From: Actinomycetota bacterium
GTDB taxonomy: Bacteria; Actinomycetota; Actinomycetes; Actinomycetales; Microbacteriaceae
Reading direction: 5' to 3'
Length of the DNA stretch: 64,000 bases
Assembly (NCBI GenBank): GCA_041192365.1
Contig: JBEENB010000003.1
Location: 2,816-66,815, forward strand
Below are positions 39,151 to 50,326 of the stretch, piece by piece. The notes below the pieces were generated by a model, which was not told the origin of the DNA, ran no database searches, and saw nothing but the letters and a program-made list of their open reading frames with translations. Made by a program: the position numbers and the translations under genes. Position 1 is the stretch's first letter. Each line of letters starts with the position of its first letter.

Positions 39151-39986
39151 TGCACAGTGGCACACATCCTCTCGACGATCGTTCGGTGGACCCCCAAGAG
39201 GTTGCCCGCGAGGCAGCCACCCAAATCGCGAAAAAGACGGGTGTCGCCAAGCACGACATCGCTCTCACTCTCGGCAGCGGTTGGGGTAAAGCGGCTGACC
39301 TCATCGGCGAGACGGTCGCCGAGTTCCCGGCGACTGAGATCACGGGGTTCTCGACGCCCGCGGTGGAAGGTCACGTCGGAACCATCCGGTCGATTCGCAC
39401 GGCATCCGGTGCTCACGCGCTCATTATCGGAGCGCGCACTCACTTCTACGAGGACCACGGCGTTCGTCGCGTCGTCCATTCGGTTCGCACAGCCGCCGCC
39501 ACCGGCGCAAAAATCATGGTGCTGACCAACGGAGCCGGTGGGCTCAAGGAATCGTGGGGACCGGGCACTCCCGTGCTCATTAGCGACCACATCAACCTGA
39601 CCGCGTCGTCGCCGCTCGAGGGTGCAACGTTCATTGACCTCACCGACTTGTACTCGATCCGTCTGCGTGAACTCGCTCGCAGCGTCAAGCCCGACCTAGA
39701 CGAAGGTGTCTACGTGCAGTTCCGCGGACCGCACTATGAAACCCCCGCCGAGGTACAGATGGCGGGACGCATGGGCGGACACATCGTCGGAATGTCGACG
39801 GCGCTCGAAGCTATCGCCGCTCGCGAATCCGGAATGGAAGTGATCGGTTTTTCGCTCATCACGAACCTCGCTGCGGGGCTCGGCGATCCACTCAGTCACG
39901 CCGAAGTAATCGCCGCCGGCAAGGAAGCCGAGCCCGTGATGTCGGCGTTGCTTGCCGACGTCGTCGCCGCACTCGTCACGGGATAA
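39147..39986 (+). CDS. punA: purine nucleoside phosphorylase (PunA type)
   Basis: [27 protein letters not shown] overlap with accA. Confidence 0.92.
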   Translation: MMHSGTHPLDDRSVDPQEVAREAATQIAKKTGVAKHDIALTLGSGWGKAADLIGETVAEFPATEITGFSTPAVEGHVGTIRSIRTASGAHALIIGARTHFYEDHGVRRVVHSVRTAAATGAKIMVLTNGAGGLKESWGPGTPVLISDHINLTASSPLEGATFIDLTDLYSIRLRELARSVKPDLDEGVYVQFRGPHYETPAEVQMAGRMGGHIVGMSTALEAIAARESGMEVIGFSLITNLAAGLGDPLSHAEVIAAGKEAEPVMSALLADVVAALVTG

Positions 39987-39989
39987 TCC

Positions 39990-41645
39990 GTGTCATCGAG
40001 TGACCTGATTGCCCGCGCAAACGCGTGGCTCGCGCAAGATCCCGACCCCGAGACCGTCACTGAACTGGAAGCGATCATCGACCGTGCCGATGCCGGTGAC
40101 GTTTCCGCAATTGCCGACCTCTCTGACCGTTTCGACACACGCTTGACGTTCGGCACGGCCGGACTTCGCGGCGAGTTGGGTGCCGGCCCGAACCGCATGA
40201 ACCGAGTTCTCGTTTCTCAGGCCGCGCACGGGTTCGCTCAATTCCTGCTGGAACGCGAAGCGAAACCGAGCGTCGTGATCGGCTACGACGGTCGCGTGAA
40301 TTCGGAGGTGTTCGCTCGGGACTCCGCCGAAATCTTCGCGGGGCTCGGTTTGCGCGTCATCCTGTTTGATCGCGCGATTCCGACACCCGTTGTCGCGACT
40401 GCCCTGCGCGAACTAGGGCTGAGCGCTGCGGTTGTCGTCACCGCGAGCCACAACCCGCCGCGCGACAACGGATACAAGGTGTATTTGGGTGGCAAGGACG
40501 GCGGGTCACAGATTGTGTCCCCCGACGACACCGACATCGAGGCCCTGATTCTGCGAGCGACGAACCTGAACATCGCCGATTTCCCGCGGTCGAGCGTCTA
40601 CGACACCACCCCCGAATCCCTCATCGACACGTTCGTTGAGAAAACTGCGGCGATCTCGACTCGACCCGCGACTCCCGTCCGATTCGTCTACACCGCGTTG
40701 CACGGCGTCGGGTGGGAGCTCGCAAATCGGTGTTATCTCGCCGCAGGACTGGGTGACGCAATCGTCGTCCCCGAACAGATCGAACCCGACGGCGCATTCC
40801 CCACGGTGGCGTTTCCCAACCCAGAAGAACCGGGGGCTCTCGACCTCGCGTATGAAACCGCCGACCGCGCCGAGGTGGATCTCATCATCGCGAACGACCC
40901 CGATGCCGACCGGCTCGCGGTCGGCATCCGGGACAACGGCGAATGGCGTCGCTTGACCGGAAACGAGGTCGGAAGTTTGCTCGGGTGGCGTGCAGCCGAG
41001 CGACATAAGGGTTCCGGTGCCCCTGCAGCGCTCGCCGCGTCGATCGTCTCGTCCCCGGCTCTTGGGGCTGTTGCAGCGGATTACGGAATCGAATTTTCGT
41101 ATACGTTGACCGGATTCAAGTTCGTCAATCGCGTCCCGAACCTCATTTTCGGTTACGAGGAGGCACTGGGGTATCTCGTCGACCCCAACAAGGTTCGTGA
41201 CAAAGACGGCATCTCGGCCGCTGTTGATTTTCTGTCGATGGCGGGCGAATTGCAGGAACGCGGGCTGACCATCGCCGATCACCTCGTGGAATTCGCCGAC
41301 AGATTCGGCGCGTTCGCGTCGACCCAGATTTCCATTCGCGTCGCCAATTTGTCGGATATTCCTGCCATCTCGTCGAAGTTCCGCGAATCACCACCGGTGT
41401 TGCTTGGTGGTCATGCCGTGACTGCCGTAGACGACTTCGCGATTGGCTTCGACGGATTCCCGCCGACGGACCTCATCCGGCTGACAATCGACGGCGGCTC
41501 ACGCGTCATCGTTCGCCCCTCGGGGACCGAGCCGAAACTCAAGATCTACATCGATGCGGCCGTCACCGAGGGGTCGGACAGATCGGCCCGTGTCGCTGAC
41601 GTCGTCGCGGCCATCGAATCGGACCTCCGTCAGTTCATCGCATGA
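39990..41645 (+). CDS. phospho-sugar mutase (PGM/PMM superfamily; likely the phosphopentomutase role, PmmB-like)
   Basis: 551 aa. TASHNPPRDNGYKVY phosphoserine loop and NDPDADR Mg site. Immediately after punA, as Mtb Rv3307-Rv3308. Confidence 0.85.
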   Translation: MSSSDLIARANAWLAQDPDPETVTELEAIIDRADAGDVSAIADLSDRFDTRLTFGTAGLRGELGAGPNRMNRVLVSQAAHGFAQFLLEREAKPSVVIGYDGRVNSEVFARDSAEIFAGLGLRVILFDRAIPTPVVATALRELGLSAAVVVTASHNPPRDNGYKVYLGGKDGGSQIVSPDDTDIEALILRATNLNIADFPRSSVYDTTPESLIDTFVEKTAAISTRPATPVRFVYTALHGVGWELANRCYLAAGLGDAIVVPEQIEPDGAFPTVAFPNPEEPGALDLAYETADRAEVDLIIANDPDADRLAVGIRDNGEWRRLTGNEVGSLLGWRAAERHKGSGAPAALAASIVSSPALGAVAADYGIEFSYTLTGFKFVNRVPNLIFGYEEALGYLVDPNKVRDKDGISAAVDFLSMAGELQERGLTIADHLVEFADRFGAFASTQISIRVANLSDIPAISSKFRESPPVLLGGHAVTAVDDFAIGFDGFPPTDLIRLTIDGGSRVIVRPSGTEPKLKIYIDAAVTEGSDRSARVADVVAAIESDLRQFIA

Positions 41646-42856
41646 TGATGGAAACGGAATCGCCGACGACAACCCGCTGGGTTGCGATCCACGGTGTCTC
41701 GGTTGCTCGAGCCCTATCAACCTTCGGAACCGTGGTCACGATTTGGGCATTGATTTTTCGCGAACGCGCAGAAGGACCCATCGCAGTTTCGGCAATGTTT
41801 ATTGCGGCCGCACTTCCCTATATTTTGTTTGGCCCGTGGGTTGGGTGGTTGGCTGACCGCTTTTCGACACGGCGCCTCGTTCCAGTCGTAGCCATCGCCC
41901 AGGGTGCACTCACTCTCGCCTTCATCATCGACGTTCCCTTCTGGGCCGTGCTCGGCCTGATTTTCGCTTACAACATCATCGCTGCGATAGAAAATCCCGC
42001 CTGGCAGGCTCTCGTCCCCGGATTAGCAAAGCCTGCCGACCTCAGTCGCGTCTACGGACTATCGCTCGGTTACACCTCTGCCGCTCAGGTCGCGTCACCG
42101 GTGGCCGCTGGAATTTTGGTGGGGGCCACCGGTTACGTCTGGCCGTTTGTCATCGATTCATTCACGTTTGTGCTTCTCGCCGTCGCACCATTTCTCTTAC
42201 GCGTCAACCGGCTCGGTCACAAAACAAAGCCCGAACACCGTGAATCCACCCTGGTCGGTTATCGCCACCTCTGGGGCGACCCGCTCCTCCGATCGGTGAC
42301 CGTCCTCCTCTGTGCCTTCATTTTGGCACTCGGTGCCGTCAACACGGGCGAGGTGTTCCTCGTGATGGACGTTCTCGGCGCAAACGAGACGACCTACGGC
42401 TTCATCGGCGCGGTGTGGGCGGTCGGTAACCTCGTGGGATCGGCACTTCTGGGAATTCGCGCCATCAGTATCCCGCAGCAACCCCGTTGGCTTGTGTTCT
42501 CGCTCTGGACGATCGCGACCGGGGTGCTCGCGATTTCGTTGTCCCCGTCATTGTGGTTCGTCGCCATCGCGAATGGCGTGACCGGAATCGGTAGCGCGTA
42601 CCTGCACGCCACGGCCACCTCGATTCTCATGACACGAACCCCCGAAAAGATTCGCGGACGGGTCAACGCGGCGTTCGCCGGTTTCATGAGTTTCGGGAAC
42701 ATCATCGCCACGGCACTGGCGGGAATAGCAATCGCAGGATTTGGCGTTCGAGAGGTCATGGTCGGATGCGGCGTCTTGTCTCTCGCCGCGCTGTTGGTCT
42801 GGGGCGGCGCCGTATATCGCGCACGCATGGACGAAACCGAGACCGCCCATGCTTGA
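41642..42856 (+). CDS. MFS transporter (EntS/MFS_3-like efflux type)
   Basis: 404 aa with about 12 TM helices. GPWVGWLADRFSTRR loop motif. ATGA overlap with the upstream gene. Confidence 0.85.
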   Translation: MMMETESPTTTRWVAIHGVSVARALSTFGTVVTIWALIFRERAEGPIAVSAMFIAAALPYILFGPWVGWLADRFSTRRLVPVVAIAQGALTLAFIIDVPFWAVLGLIFAYNIIAAIENPAWQALVPGLAKPADLSRVYGLSLGYTSAAQVASPVAAGILVGATGYVWPFVIDSFTFVLLAVAPFLLRVNRLGHKTKPEHRESTLVGYRHLWGDPLLRSVTVLLCAFILALGAVNTGEVFLVMDVLGANETTYGFIGAVWAVGNLVGSALLGIRAISIPQQPRWLVFSLWTIATGVLAISLSPSLWFVAIANGVTGIGSAYLHATATSILMTRTPEKIRGRVNAAFAGFMSFGNIIATALAGIAIAGFGVREVMVGCGVLSLAALLVWGGAVYRARMDETETAHA

Positions 42857-44033
42857 TTTCACTGATAAGGATTTCCTCGTCGACCCCTACCCCGCCCTCG
42901 CCGAGGCCAGAGCCGTCGGGAGGCCATTCTGGCACGAACCGACCGGGATGTTCCTCGCCGCGCGTCACGCTGACGCTAACGCGGTACTGCGCAACAAGTC
43001 ACTCGGCAGGATTTTCACACCGAAGACTCCCGAAAACGAATGGCATGACTTTAACTACCTGCATTCGGATTCGATGCTCGATTCCGAACCCCCCAAGCAC
43101 ACACGGTTGAAGTCGCTCGTGAGCAAGGCATTCAATCCGCGTACAATCAACTCACTCACGCCCCACATCGAGCGGCTCACAACAGAACTGCTCGACGACT
43201 GTGCGGAAAAACTTGAAACGGACGGCACATTCGATGTGCTCGCAGATTTTGCCGAGCCGCTTCCGGTCAAGGTCATCGCCCACATGCTCGGGTTCCCCAA
43301 CGCTGATGAACACGTGTTGAGGCCGTGGTCGCAGTCCATCGTGAAGATGTACGAGGTCAACCCCACCGAGGCCCACAAGGCAGAGGCCCGAGCGGCGGCG
43401 ACGGAATTTGCCGACTACGTTCACGGTTTGATGCAACTTCGGAAGGTGTCCCCCGGCACCGACCTCATCAGTACGTTGGCGGCTGCTGAAAAGGACGGCG
43501 AGCGCCTCAGCGTCGAGGAACTCATCGCGACGTGCGTGTTGCTGCTCAATGCGGGACACGAAGCCAGCGTCAACGGGTTCGGAAACGGCATCGTGGCCGC
43601 AATGAAACGACCCGCCGTGATGCAGCCTCTGCGCGACGACCCCCGCATCGTGTCTGGCACCGCCCTCGAGGAATTCCTTCGGTTCGATTCGCCGTTGCAA
43701 CTTTTCGAACGTACCGCGACCACCGATACCGAGATCAACGGGGTAGCGATTCGACAAGGGCAAAAGATTGCTGCGCTGTTGGGCGCGGCCAATCGCGACG
43801 CCGACGTATTCGACGACGCCAACTCCATGGACTTGACCCGGGAGCCGAACCAACACATCGCGTTTGGAGCGGGAATTCACTTCTGTATCGGTGCTCCGCT
43901 CGCGAGACTGGAAATGACTATCTCGTTGCCGGCACTCATCGAGCGCTTCCCCACTCTTGAACTCGCGGGCGAACCGACTCGTCGCCCCACCTTTGTGCTG
44001 CGCGGCTATGACGCGATTCCGGTCTCTGCATAA
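42849..44033 (+). CDS. cytochrome P450
   Basis: 394 aa from ATG 42849 (ATGCTTGA overlap with the MFS stop). I-helix [14 protein letters not shown] = EEFLR, heme loop [14 protein letters not shown]. Confidence 0.93.
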   Translation: MLDFTDKDFLVDPYPALAEARAVGRPFWHEPTGMFLAARHADANAVLRNKSLGRIFTPKTPENEWHDFNYLHSDSMLDSEPPKHTRLKSLVSKAFNPRTINSLTPHIERLTTELLDDCAEKLETDGTFDVLADFAEPLPVKVIAHMLGFPNADEHVLRPWSQSIVKMYEVNPTEAHKAEARAAATEFADYVHGLMQLRKVSPGTDLISTLAAAEKDGERLSVEELIATCVLLLNAGHEASVNGFGNGIVAAMKRPAVMQPLRDDPRIVSGTALEEFLRFDSPLQLFERTATTDTEINGVAIRQGQKIAALLGAANRDADVFDDANSMDLTREPNQHIAFGAGIHFCIGAPLARLEMTISLPALIERFPTLELAGEPTRRPTFVLRGYDAIPVSA

Positions 44034-44036
44034 ACT
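44031..44036 (+). promoter_or_regulatory. candidate -10 element (TAAACT) before trhO
   Basis: TAAACT, which contains the P450 stop TAA, ends 7 nt before GTG 44044. Confidence 0.4.
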
Positions 44037-44043
44037 AGGGCAC

Positions 44044-44952
44044 GTGCCGCTCCCCAAAATCATCCTCTACTACGCGTTCGCACCGGTCGCCGATCCCCAG
44101 GCGGTCGTTTTGTGGCAACGCGCGTTGTGTGCTCAGCACGGGCTCAAAGGTCGAATCATCGTTTCGAAGCATGGAATCAACGGGACCGTTGGGGGTCCGA
44201 TGGGCGAGGTCAAGAAGTACGTCCGCGCGACCAAGCAGTATCCCGGATTCGGGACGATGGACGTGAAGTGGTCAGAGGGAACGGGTGATGATTTCCCGCG
44301 GCTGAGCATCAAGGCACGCCCGGAACTCGTCGCGTTCTCTTCCCCCGACGAGATAGTCGTCGGCGAAACCGGTGTTCTCAACGGGGGGCAGCGCCTCACC
44401 CCCCGGCAGGTAAACGACCTCGTGGCCGAACGCGGTGACGATGTGGTGTTTTTCGACGGACGGAACACGTTCGAGGCCCGAATCGGGAAGTTCAAAAACG
44501 CGGTCGTTCCCGACGTTCGAACGACTCATGATTTCATCACCGAACTCGACAGTGGCAAGTACGACCACCTCAAGAGCAAGCCGATCGTGACGTACTGCAC
44601 GGGCGGGGTGCGATGCGAGATCCTCAGCGCGGCGATGCTCAATCGCGGATTCTCTGAGGTCTATCAAATCGAGGGCGGAATCGTTCGATACGGCGAGGCC
44701 TACCGCGACAAAGGGCTGTGGGAGGGGTCGCTGCACGTTTTCGACGAGCGTATGACTGTCAATTTCAGTGACGACGCCGCGGTCATCGGGCAGTGCGACG
44801 TGTGTGGTTCGGCGACATCGACGGTGGTCAATTGTGCGAACCTCGCGTGTCGCCATCGCGCAGTTATCTGCGCGTCATGCCTGGATAACCCAGCCAATCT
44901 CGAATGCGACGGACGTCACGCCGACCAGAAACCAACGGGCGAGGTCGGCTAG
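44044..44952 (+). CDS. trhO: rhodanese-domain tRNA U34 hydroxylase TrhO (UPF0176/YceA family)
   Basis: ILYYAF..., rhodanese active site [10 protein letters not shown]-terminal Cys cluster CDVCGS...CANLAC...CASC. Confidence 0.85.
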   Translation: MPLPKIILYYAFAPVADPQAVVLWQRALCAQHGLKGRIIVSKHGINGTVGGPMGEVKKYVRATKQYPGFGTMDVKWSEGTGDDFPRLSIKARPELVAFSSPDEIVVGETGVLNGGQRLTPRQVNDLVAERGDDVVFFDGRNTFEARIGKFKNAVVPDVRTTHDFITELDSGKYDHLKSKPIVTYCTGGVRCEILSAAMLNRGFSEVYQIEGGIVRYGEAYRDKGLWEGSLHVFDERMTVNFSDDAAVIGQCDVCGSATSTVVNCANLACRHRAVICASCLDNPANLECDGRHADQKPTGEVG

Positions 44953-46091
44953 GCCGTATACGCCGACATCAGGAAGTCGGAGAGCGTGTCGCGTTCATCG
45001 CTGGCGATGAATGCCGCATTGACGGCGTTCAGTTGCCACTGCAGGACGTCGTCGAGGTCGTAGCCGAACGTTTCGGCAAGATTGGTGATTTCGCGGGACA
45101 GGCTCGTTCCGCTCATGAGACGGTTGTCCGTGTTGACCGTGACGGCAAAGCCAAGCTGGTAAAGCATTTCGAACGGGTGATCGTCGATTGTCGAGCCAAA
45201 GCGGCTAAACGCGTTCGTGTGGACGTTCGACGTTGGGCAGATTTCGAGCGCGATTCGGCGGTCGCGAACCCACTCGGCGAGCGGACCGAGTGTGACGTGG
45301 GTCCCCGCTCCGTCGTTCGCGATTGACAGGTCATCCGTGATTCGAACTCCATGCCCCAAACGCAATGCGCGCCCGTCAATCAGCGCGCCTTCAATGCTGA
45401 CAAGACCGTCGGCCTCTCCTGCGTGAACGGTGCGGGGAACCCAGGCCGCGTCAAGTTTCGCGAATGCCGAGGCGAGTCTCGACACCGGAAACCCTGCCTC
45501 CGGGCCAGCGATATCAAAGCCAACAACTCCACGTGCGCGATATTCGATCGCAAGGTCGGCAATCTCGTCGGCACGGTCCGCCTGACGCATCGCGCACAGC
45601 AATTGCCCGATGCGGGCAACTCGACCGACCGCGCGACCCTCCGTGACCGCTGTATCGATTCCGCGCTGGACGGCGTCAATCGCGTCGCGCATGTCGAGAC
45701 CGTACTCGACGTGTAGTTCCGGTGCCCATCGAACCTCGCCGTAGACGACACCGTCCGCGATGAGATCCTCGACGAATTCCTTTGCGATTCGTTCGAGGTT
45801 CTCTGCCGTTTGCATGACGGACAGCGTCACCGAGAACGTAGCAAGATAATCGACCAGGTTCCCCGAGTCCGCGCTGGATCGAACCCACTCATTCAACTCG
45901 TCCGGTGTCGAGCGGGGAATCTCAATGCCTCCCGCCGCGGCCAGTTCGACGATGGTCGACGGTCGAAGCCCGCCATCGAGGTGATCATGTAGAGAGATCT
46001 TGGGGAGCGACTCGACGATGACATCTGTCCCTGGGAACAGGTGGGTGGTTCCGTCCCCGGGCGTTACCTGGGGAAGTCCAATGCGGCTCAT
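44949..46091 (-). CDS. add: adenosine deaminase
   Basis: [24 protein letters not shown] 46091 forms ATGA with the deoA stop. The ORF-track start 46151 is an Arg/His-rich extension into deoA. Confidence 0.93.
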   Translation of the reverse strand: MSRIGLPQVTPGDGTTHLFPGTDVIVESLPKISLHDHLDGGLRPSTIVELAAAGGIEIPRSTPDELNEWVRSSADSGNLVDYLATFSVTLSVMQTAENLERIAKEFVEDLIADGVVYGEVRWAPELHVEYGLDMRDAIDAVQRGIDTAVTEGRAVGRVARIGQLLCAMRQADRADEIADLAIEYRARGVVGFDIAGPEAGFPVSRLASAFAKLDAAWVPRTVHAGEADGLVSIEGALIDGRALRLGHGVRITDDLSIANDGAGTHVTLGPLAEWVRDRRIALEICPTSNVHTNAFSRFGSTIDDHPFEMLYQLGFAVTVNTDNRLMSGTSLSREITNLAETFGYDLDDVLQWQLNAVNAAFIASDERDTLSDFLMSAYTA

Positions 46092-47380
46092 CCGGTGATG
46101 ACCTCGGCGATGAGTGGGCCGCGGTCGATGACGCTTTCGCCGATGTCCCAACCACCGTCGAGAGCTTCCAGCGCACGGTCAAAACGCGCGGAATCGTTCG
46201 CCGACAGGGTGAATACAACGTCACCCTTTTTCACCGAAGCACCCGGCTTGACGGCGAGGTCAATTCCCGCTGCGTGGATCACGGGATCTTCTTTGCGCGC
46301 GCGTCCAGCCCCAAGGCGCCAGGCCGCGATCCCGAACGGAAGCGCGTCCATACGCGACACAACTCCGTCGCGCGTCGCGGTCACAACATGACTTTCCGAG
46401 GCGACGGGAAGCGCCGCGTCAGGGTCTCCGCCCTGGGCGCTCACCATCGCGCGCCACGAATCCATTGCTTTGCCGTTCGCGAGGTGTGAGCGAACATCGA
46501 CGCCCGTCATTCCCGCGAGTTCAAGCATGTGTTCGGCGAGCGTCACCGTGACCTCGACTACATCGGCCGGCCCGCCCCCGGCGAGCACCTCAACCGATTC
46601 CCGAACCTCGTTCGCATTTCCGATTGCGAGGCCGAGTGGCGTGTTCATGTTGGTCAGGACTGCGCGCGTGGCCACACCAGCATCGTTTCCGATGCGGACG
46701 AGGACGTTGGCGAGTTCCTTCGCACGGTCAAATTCGCTCATGAAAGCGCCATTGCCAAACTTGACATCGAGAACGAGTGACGACGTTCCCTCGGCGAGCT
46801 TTTTGCTCATGATGCTCGAGGCAAGCAGGGGAATCGCTTCGACCGTTCCCGTGATGTCGCGCAGTGCGTATAACTTCCGGTCGGCGGGCGCAAGGCCGGA
46901 ACCCGCTGCGCACACGACAGCTCCGACCTTTTCGAGTTGTGCCAGCATTTCGGCGTTTGACAGGTCAGCACGCCACCCCGGGATGCTCTCGAACTTGTCC
47001 AATGTTCCGCCCGCGTGTCCGAGTCCGCGACCCGACAGTTGCGGCACCGCAAGCCCGAAACTCGCAACCAACGGCGCCAACGGAAGTGTGATCTTGTCGC
47101 CGACTCCACCCGTCGAGTGCTTATCGGTCGTGACTTTCGATAGGCCCGAGAAATCAAGGCGTTCGCCCGAGTTCACCATTGCGGCCGTCAGATCATTGAT
47201 CTCGGTGGACACCATGCCACCCAGGAAGATCGCCATCGTCATCGCCGACATTTGCTCATCGGCGACATATCCGCGGGTGTAGGCATCGACCAGCCACCCG
47301 ATTTGCGCGGCCGACAGTTCGCCGCCGTCACGTTTAATTTTGATGAGGTCGACCGCATCAAACGGTTCAATGGCGGTCAT
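46088..47380 (-). CDS. deoA: thymidine (pyrimidine-nucleoside) phosphorylase
   Basis: IKIKRDGG and DKHSTGGVGDK. ATG 47380 (GAAGGA 5 nt upstream) forms ATGA with the cdd stop. Confidence 0.94.
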   Translation of the reverse strand: MTAIEPFDAVDLIKIKRDGGELSAAQIGWLVDAYTRGYVADEQMSAMTMAIFLGGMVSTEINDLTAAMVNSGERLDFSGLSKVTTDKHSTGGVGDKITLPLAPLVASFGLAVPQLSGRGLGHAGGTLDKFESIPGWRADLSNAEMLAQLEKVGAVVCAAGSGLAPADRKLYALRDITGTVEAIPLLASSIMSKKLAEGTSSLVLDVKFGNGAFMSEFDRAKELANVLVRIGNDAGVATRAVLTNMNTPLGLAIGNANEVRESVEVLAGGGPADVVEVTVTLAEHMLELAGMTGVDVRSHLANGKAMDSWRAMVSAQGGDPDAALPVASESHVVTATRDGVVSRMDALPFGIAAWRLGAGRARKEDPVIHAAGIDLAVKPGASVKKGDVVFTLSANDSARFDRALEALDGGWDIGESVIDRGPLIAEVITG

Positions 47381-47817
47381 TCGCATCCTTCACACGTAGT
47401 TGCCGAAGCGGGATCGGTCAAGGAGTAGGCATCCAGTTCGCGCGGACCGAAGGCGTCGGGCAGGACCTGGTCAATTGTTCGCACACCAGAGACGGTCTCG
47501 AGAACCATTCCCGGCGCCGAGTGTTCGAACAATAACTGGCGGCAACGGCCGCACGGCATCAGAACGTCGCCGTGACCGTCGACACACGTGAACGCAACAA
47601 GTTTGCCGCCCCCCGACATTGCCAGAGCACTGACGAGCGCACACTCGGCGCAGAGGCCGACCCCGTAGCTCGCATTTTCGACGTTACATCCGCTAACTAT
47701 TCGGCCATCGTCCACCAAAGCGGCTGCGCCGACAGGGAAGTTGGAATACGGCGCATAGGCCTTTCCCATCGCGTCGTTTGCCGCGGCACGAAGAGCGTCC
47801 CAGTTTATTTCTGACAC
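47377..47817 (-). CDS. cdd: cytidine deaminase
   Basis: 146 aa from GTG 47817. CAECALV and PCGRCRQ zinc motifs. The 260-aa ORF-track version is an extension into the permease gene. Confidence 0.92.
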   Translation of the reverse strand: MSEINWDALRAAANDAMGKAYAPYSNFPVGAAALVDDGRIVSGCNVENASYGVGLCAECALVSALAMSGGGKLVAFTCVDGHGDVLMPCGRCRQLLFEHSAPGMVLETVSGVRTIDQVLPDAFGPRELDAYSLTDPASATTCEGCE

Positions 47818-47819
47818 AG

Positions 47820-49091
47820 TTATCCCTTGATATATGGTTGGCCGTCCGCGGCGGGTGCGCGAACACGACCCACAAATCCGACAACGGCGATGAGTGTCAC
47901 GACATACGGAACAATCGTGATGAAGTCGGTCGGAATTCCGGGGCTGACCTGGTTCGCCCAGATCCGCAACACGATAGAGAATCCGAACAACAACGCCGCG
48001 GCCGCAGCCGAGAAGGGGTGCCATCGACCGAGGATGACCACGGCGAGTGCGATAAATCCCTGTCCTCCAGACATGTTCCGTCCGAACGCGCCGACCGCGC
48101 CGATTGTTAGTGCAGCACCGCCGAGCCCGGCGACCAAACCACCGATTGTCACCCACCAAAAACGCGTGCGCGCGACGTTGATTCCGACGGTGTCAGCTGC
48201 GAGCGGGTGCTCGCCGACCGCACGTGCACGAAGCCCCAATCGCGTCTTGAACAGGATGAACCAGAGAACGGGGATGATCAGGTACGCGAGATAGGTCGTG
48301 ATTCGCGCCTCGAACAGAGCGGGACCGATGATCGGGATTGCCGATAATCCGGGGATGGGGATGATGGGGAATGTGCCAGGAAAGTTCGAGTTTTGTCCGT
48401 CGCTGGAGAGCCACTGGGCGTACAAGAAGTTAGTGATTCCCAGGACAAGAACATTGAGCACCACACCGACGATGATCTGGTCGACCAGGTATTGAATCGC
48501 AAACACCGCGAGGACCATCGACAGTAACGCGGCGCCGATCATCGCGACGATGAGCCCGAGGTACAGGTTGTCCGTGAGCGAGCCAACCACGGCAGCGAGG
48601 AATGCACCAGTGAGAAGTTGTCCTTCGATTGCGATGTTGACGACACCGACTCGCTCAGACATGATCCCGCCCATCGCCCCGAGAGCAAGCGGGACGGCGA
48701 GAACCACCGCGTTACCGAGGATAAACGCGAAGGGGAGAGTGTTTCCGGCAGCCAGCCACGCCAGCAGTGCGACCACCGCGAGCAACCCGAACATCAGGGT
48801 GAGCCAAATTGGCGTCACACTTTTGCGTTGCGCGAGCACGAACGAGACAACAGCGATTGCAACGAGCGTTGCGCCCAGAACGAGGCCGACGATGTTCGAC
48901 GCAACCAAGAAGTCAGGCAGATGAATCAGGTCATCTTCTTTGGACCACTGGAACGCGACAACCTCAGTTTTTCCCGCAAAACCGAACGCCACCAGCACGA
49001 ACACTGCGAACGCAACCATGAGGTACGGGGTCTTCCTGGACACCGTTACGTCTACTTGCGAAAACAATCCAGGAGTCACGACGGTGCTCAT
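47820..49091 (-). CDS. ABC transporter permease (BMP/nucleoside importer)
   Basis: 423 aa polytopic protein. ATGA overlap with the upstream permease. Confidence 0.88.
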   Translation of the reverse strand: MSTVVTPGLFSQVDVTVSRKTPYLMVAFAVFVLVAFGFAGKTEVVAFQWSKEDDLIHLPDFLVASNIVGLVLGATLVAIAVVSFVLAQRKSVTPIWLTLMFGLLAVVALLAWLAAGNTLPFAFILGNAVVLAVPLALGAMGGIMSERVGVVNIAIEGQLLTGAFLAAVVGSLTDNLYLGLIVAMIGAALLSMVLAVFAIQYLVDQIIVGVVLNVLVLGITNFLYAQWLSSDGQNSNFPGTFPIIPIPGLSAIPIIGPALFEARITTYLAYLIIPVLWFILFKTRLGLRARAVGEHPLAADTVGINVARTRFWWVTIGGLVAGLGGAALTIGAVGAFGRNMSGGQGFIALAVVILGRWHPFSAAAAALLFGFSIVLRIWANQVSPGIPTDFITIVPYVVTLIAVVGFVGRVRAPAADGQPYIKG

Positions 49092-50326
49092 TTCGCATCA
49101 CCTTTCGTGGTCAGTTTCTGCCACCAGTCCGCGATGACGGTCGTCTTTTGCGGCGGCGGCAATCGGAATATCGCGCGAACAAGAGGCGGTGCCGCGATAA
49201 ACAAAACGATGAACCCCTGGACCACCCCCGTGATCTCGGGAGAAAGCCCGATGACCTGCATCTGCGGTGCTCCAGCCTTGAACGCGCCGAACAGCAATCC
49301 CGCGAGCAAGACCCCGGGGGCCGTGGATGACCCCAGCAGAGCAACCGTGATGGCGTCGAATCCGATGGTGCCGTCCATGTCGGGAGTCAGTCCGGCTTGA
49401 ACCCCGAGCGCTTGATTAGCGGCTGCCAGACCGACAAAGGCACCCGAAGCGGCCATTGCCAAGACAAAAGTTCGCTCGACATTGATTCCCGCCGTGCGAG
49501 CAGCATCGGCATTGTGGCCAACCATTCGGAAGCGGAATCCGAGAGTCGAACGTTCCATGAGCCACCAGTAAACGAACACTCCCACAATCGCGAGAATGAA
49601 TCCGGCATGCAAAGTGAAATCCGGGCCGAGGAGCAGCGGCAACTGCGCTGTGGTCGCTGGGGCGTCAGATTTGGGCGTCCCCCCTCCATCCACTTCGCGA
49701 AGAAGTTCCGGGGTACGGAAGAAGAATGTGAGAATTCCCGCGGCGATGTAATTGAGCATGATGGTCACAATCACTTCGTGTGCACCCGTTCGAGCCTTGA
49801 GAAAGCCAACGACAGCGCCGTAGGCCGCAGCGCCCAGAATGGCGACGAGAACGGCGACAACAAGGTGAACTCCCCAGGGAAGCGATACTCGCGTCGAAAT
49901 CCATGTCGCCCATAGTGCACCGAACAGCAACTGACCGCTCGCGCCGATGTTGAACAACCCGACACGGAACGCGAGTGCAATTCCCAGACCCGAGGCGATG
50001 AGCGGACCAGCGAAGCGCAGTGTCTCGGTCATCGGTCGAAACGCGGCGACAATATCGTCGGCCTTGTAGTTGTATATCGAACCCCGGAACAACGCCGAAT
50101 ACCCCTCCGCGATCGCGGTCCACGCCGCGCCCAGCGCGTCGGCGGGGCGTGAAGTCAAATACTGTGCCGCAGCCAGGAATTCTTCGCTCGAGAACACCAT
50201 GAAGATCGCCCCGATGACGAACCCTGCAACGACAGACAACAAGGCTCGCGCCGAGCCACCCGACATGATTTCTCGAATCACGGCGGCACCGCGGCCCACA
50301 ACCGGGGTCTCTGTTCCGTAACTCAT
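49088..50326 (-). CDS. ABC transporter permease (BMP/nucleoside importer)
   Basis: 412 aa polytopic protein. ATGA overlap with the ATPase gene. Confidence 0.88.
   Translation of the reverse strand: MSYGTETPVVGRGAAVIREIMSGGSARALLSVVAGFVIGAIFMVFSSEEFLAAAQYLTSRPADALGAAWTAIAEGYSALFRGSIYNYKADDIVAAFRPMTETLRFAGPLIASGLGIALAFRVGLFNIGASGQLLFGALWATWISTRVSLPWGVHLVVAVLVAILGAAAYGAVVGFLKARTGAHEVIVTIMLNYIAAGILTFFFRTPELLREVDGGGTPKSDAPATTAQLPLLLGPDFTLHAGFILAIVGVFVYWWLMERSTLGFRFRMVGHNADAARTAGINVERTFVLAMAASGAFVGLAAANQALGVQAGLTPDMDGTIGFDAITVALLGSSTAPGVLLAGLLFGAFKAGAPQMQVIGLSPEITGVVQGFIVLFIAAPPLVRAIFRLPPPQKTTVIADWWQKLTTKGDAK

Noticed and set aside
47818-48159. N-terminal extension making cdd 260 aa. Similar extensions: add to 46151, glpK to 61687, P450 from 42741, sdhB from 56857, manC to 54338, trhO from 43957.
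   Set aside because: The extensions overlap the upstream gene in another frame and are Arg/His-rich. Downstream starts give canonical N-termini plus ATGA/GTGA coupling, an SD or a leaderless -10.
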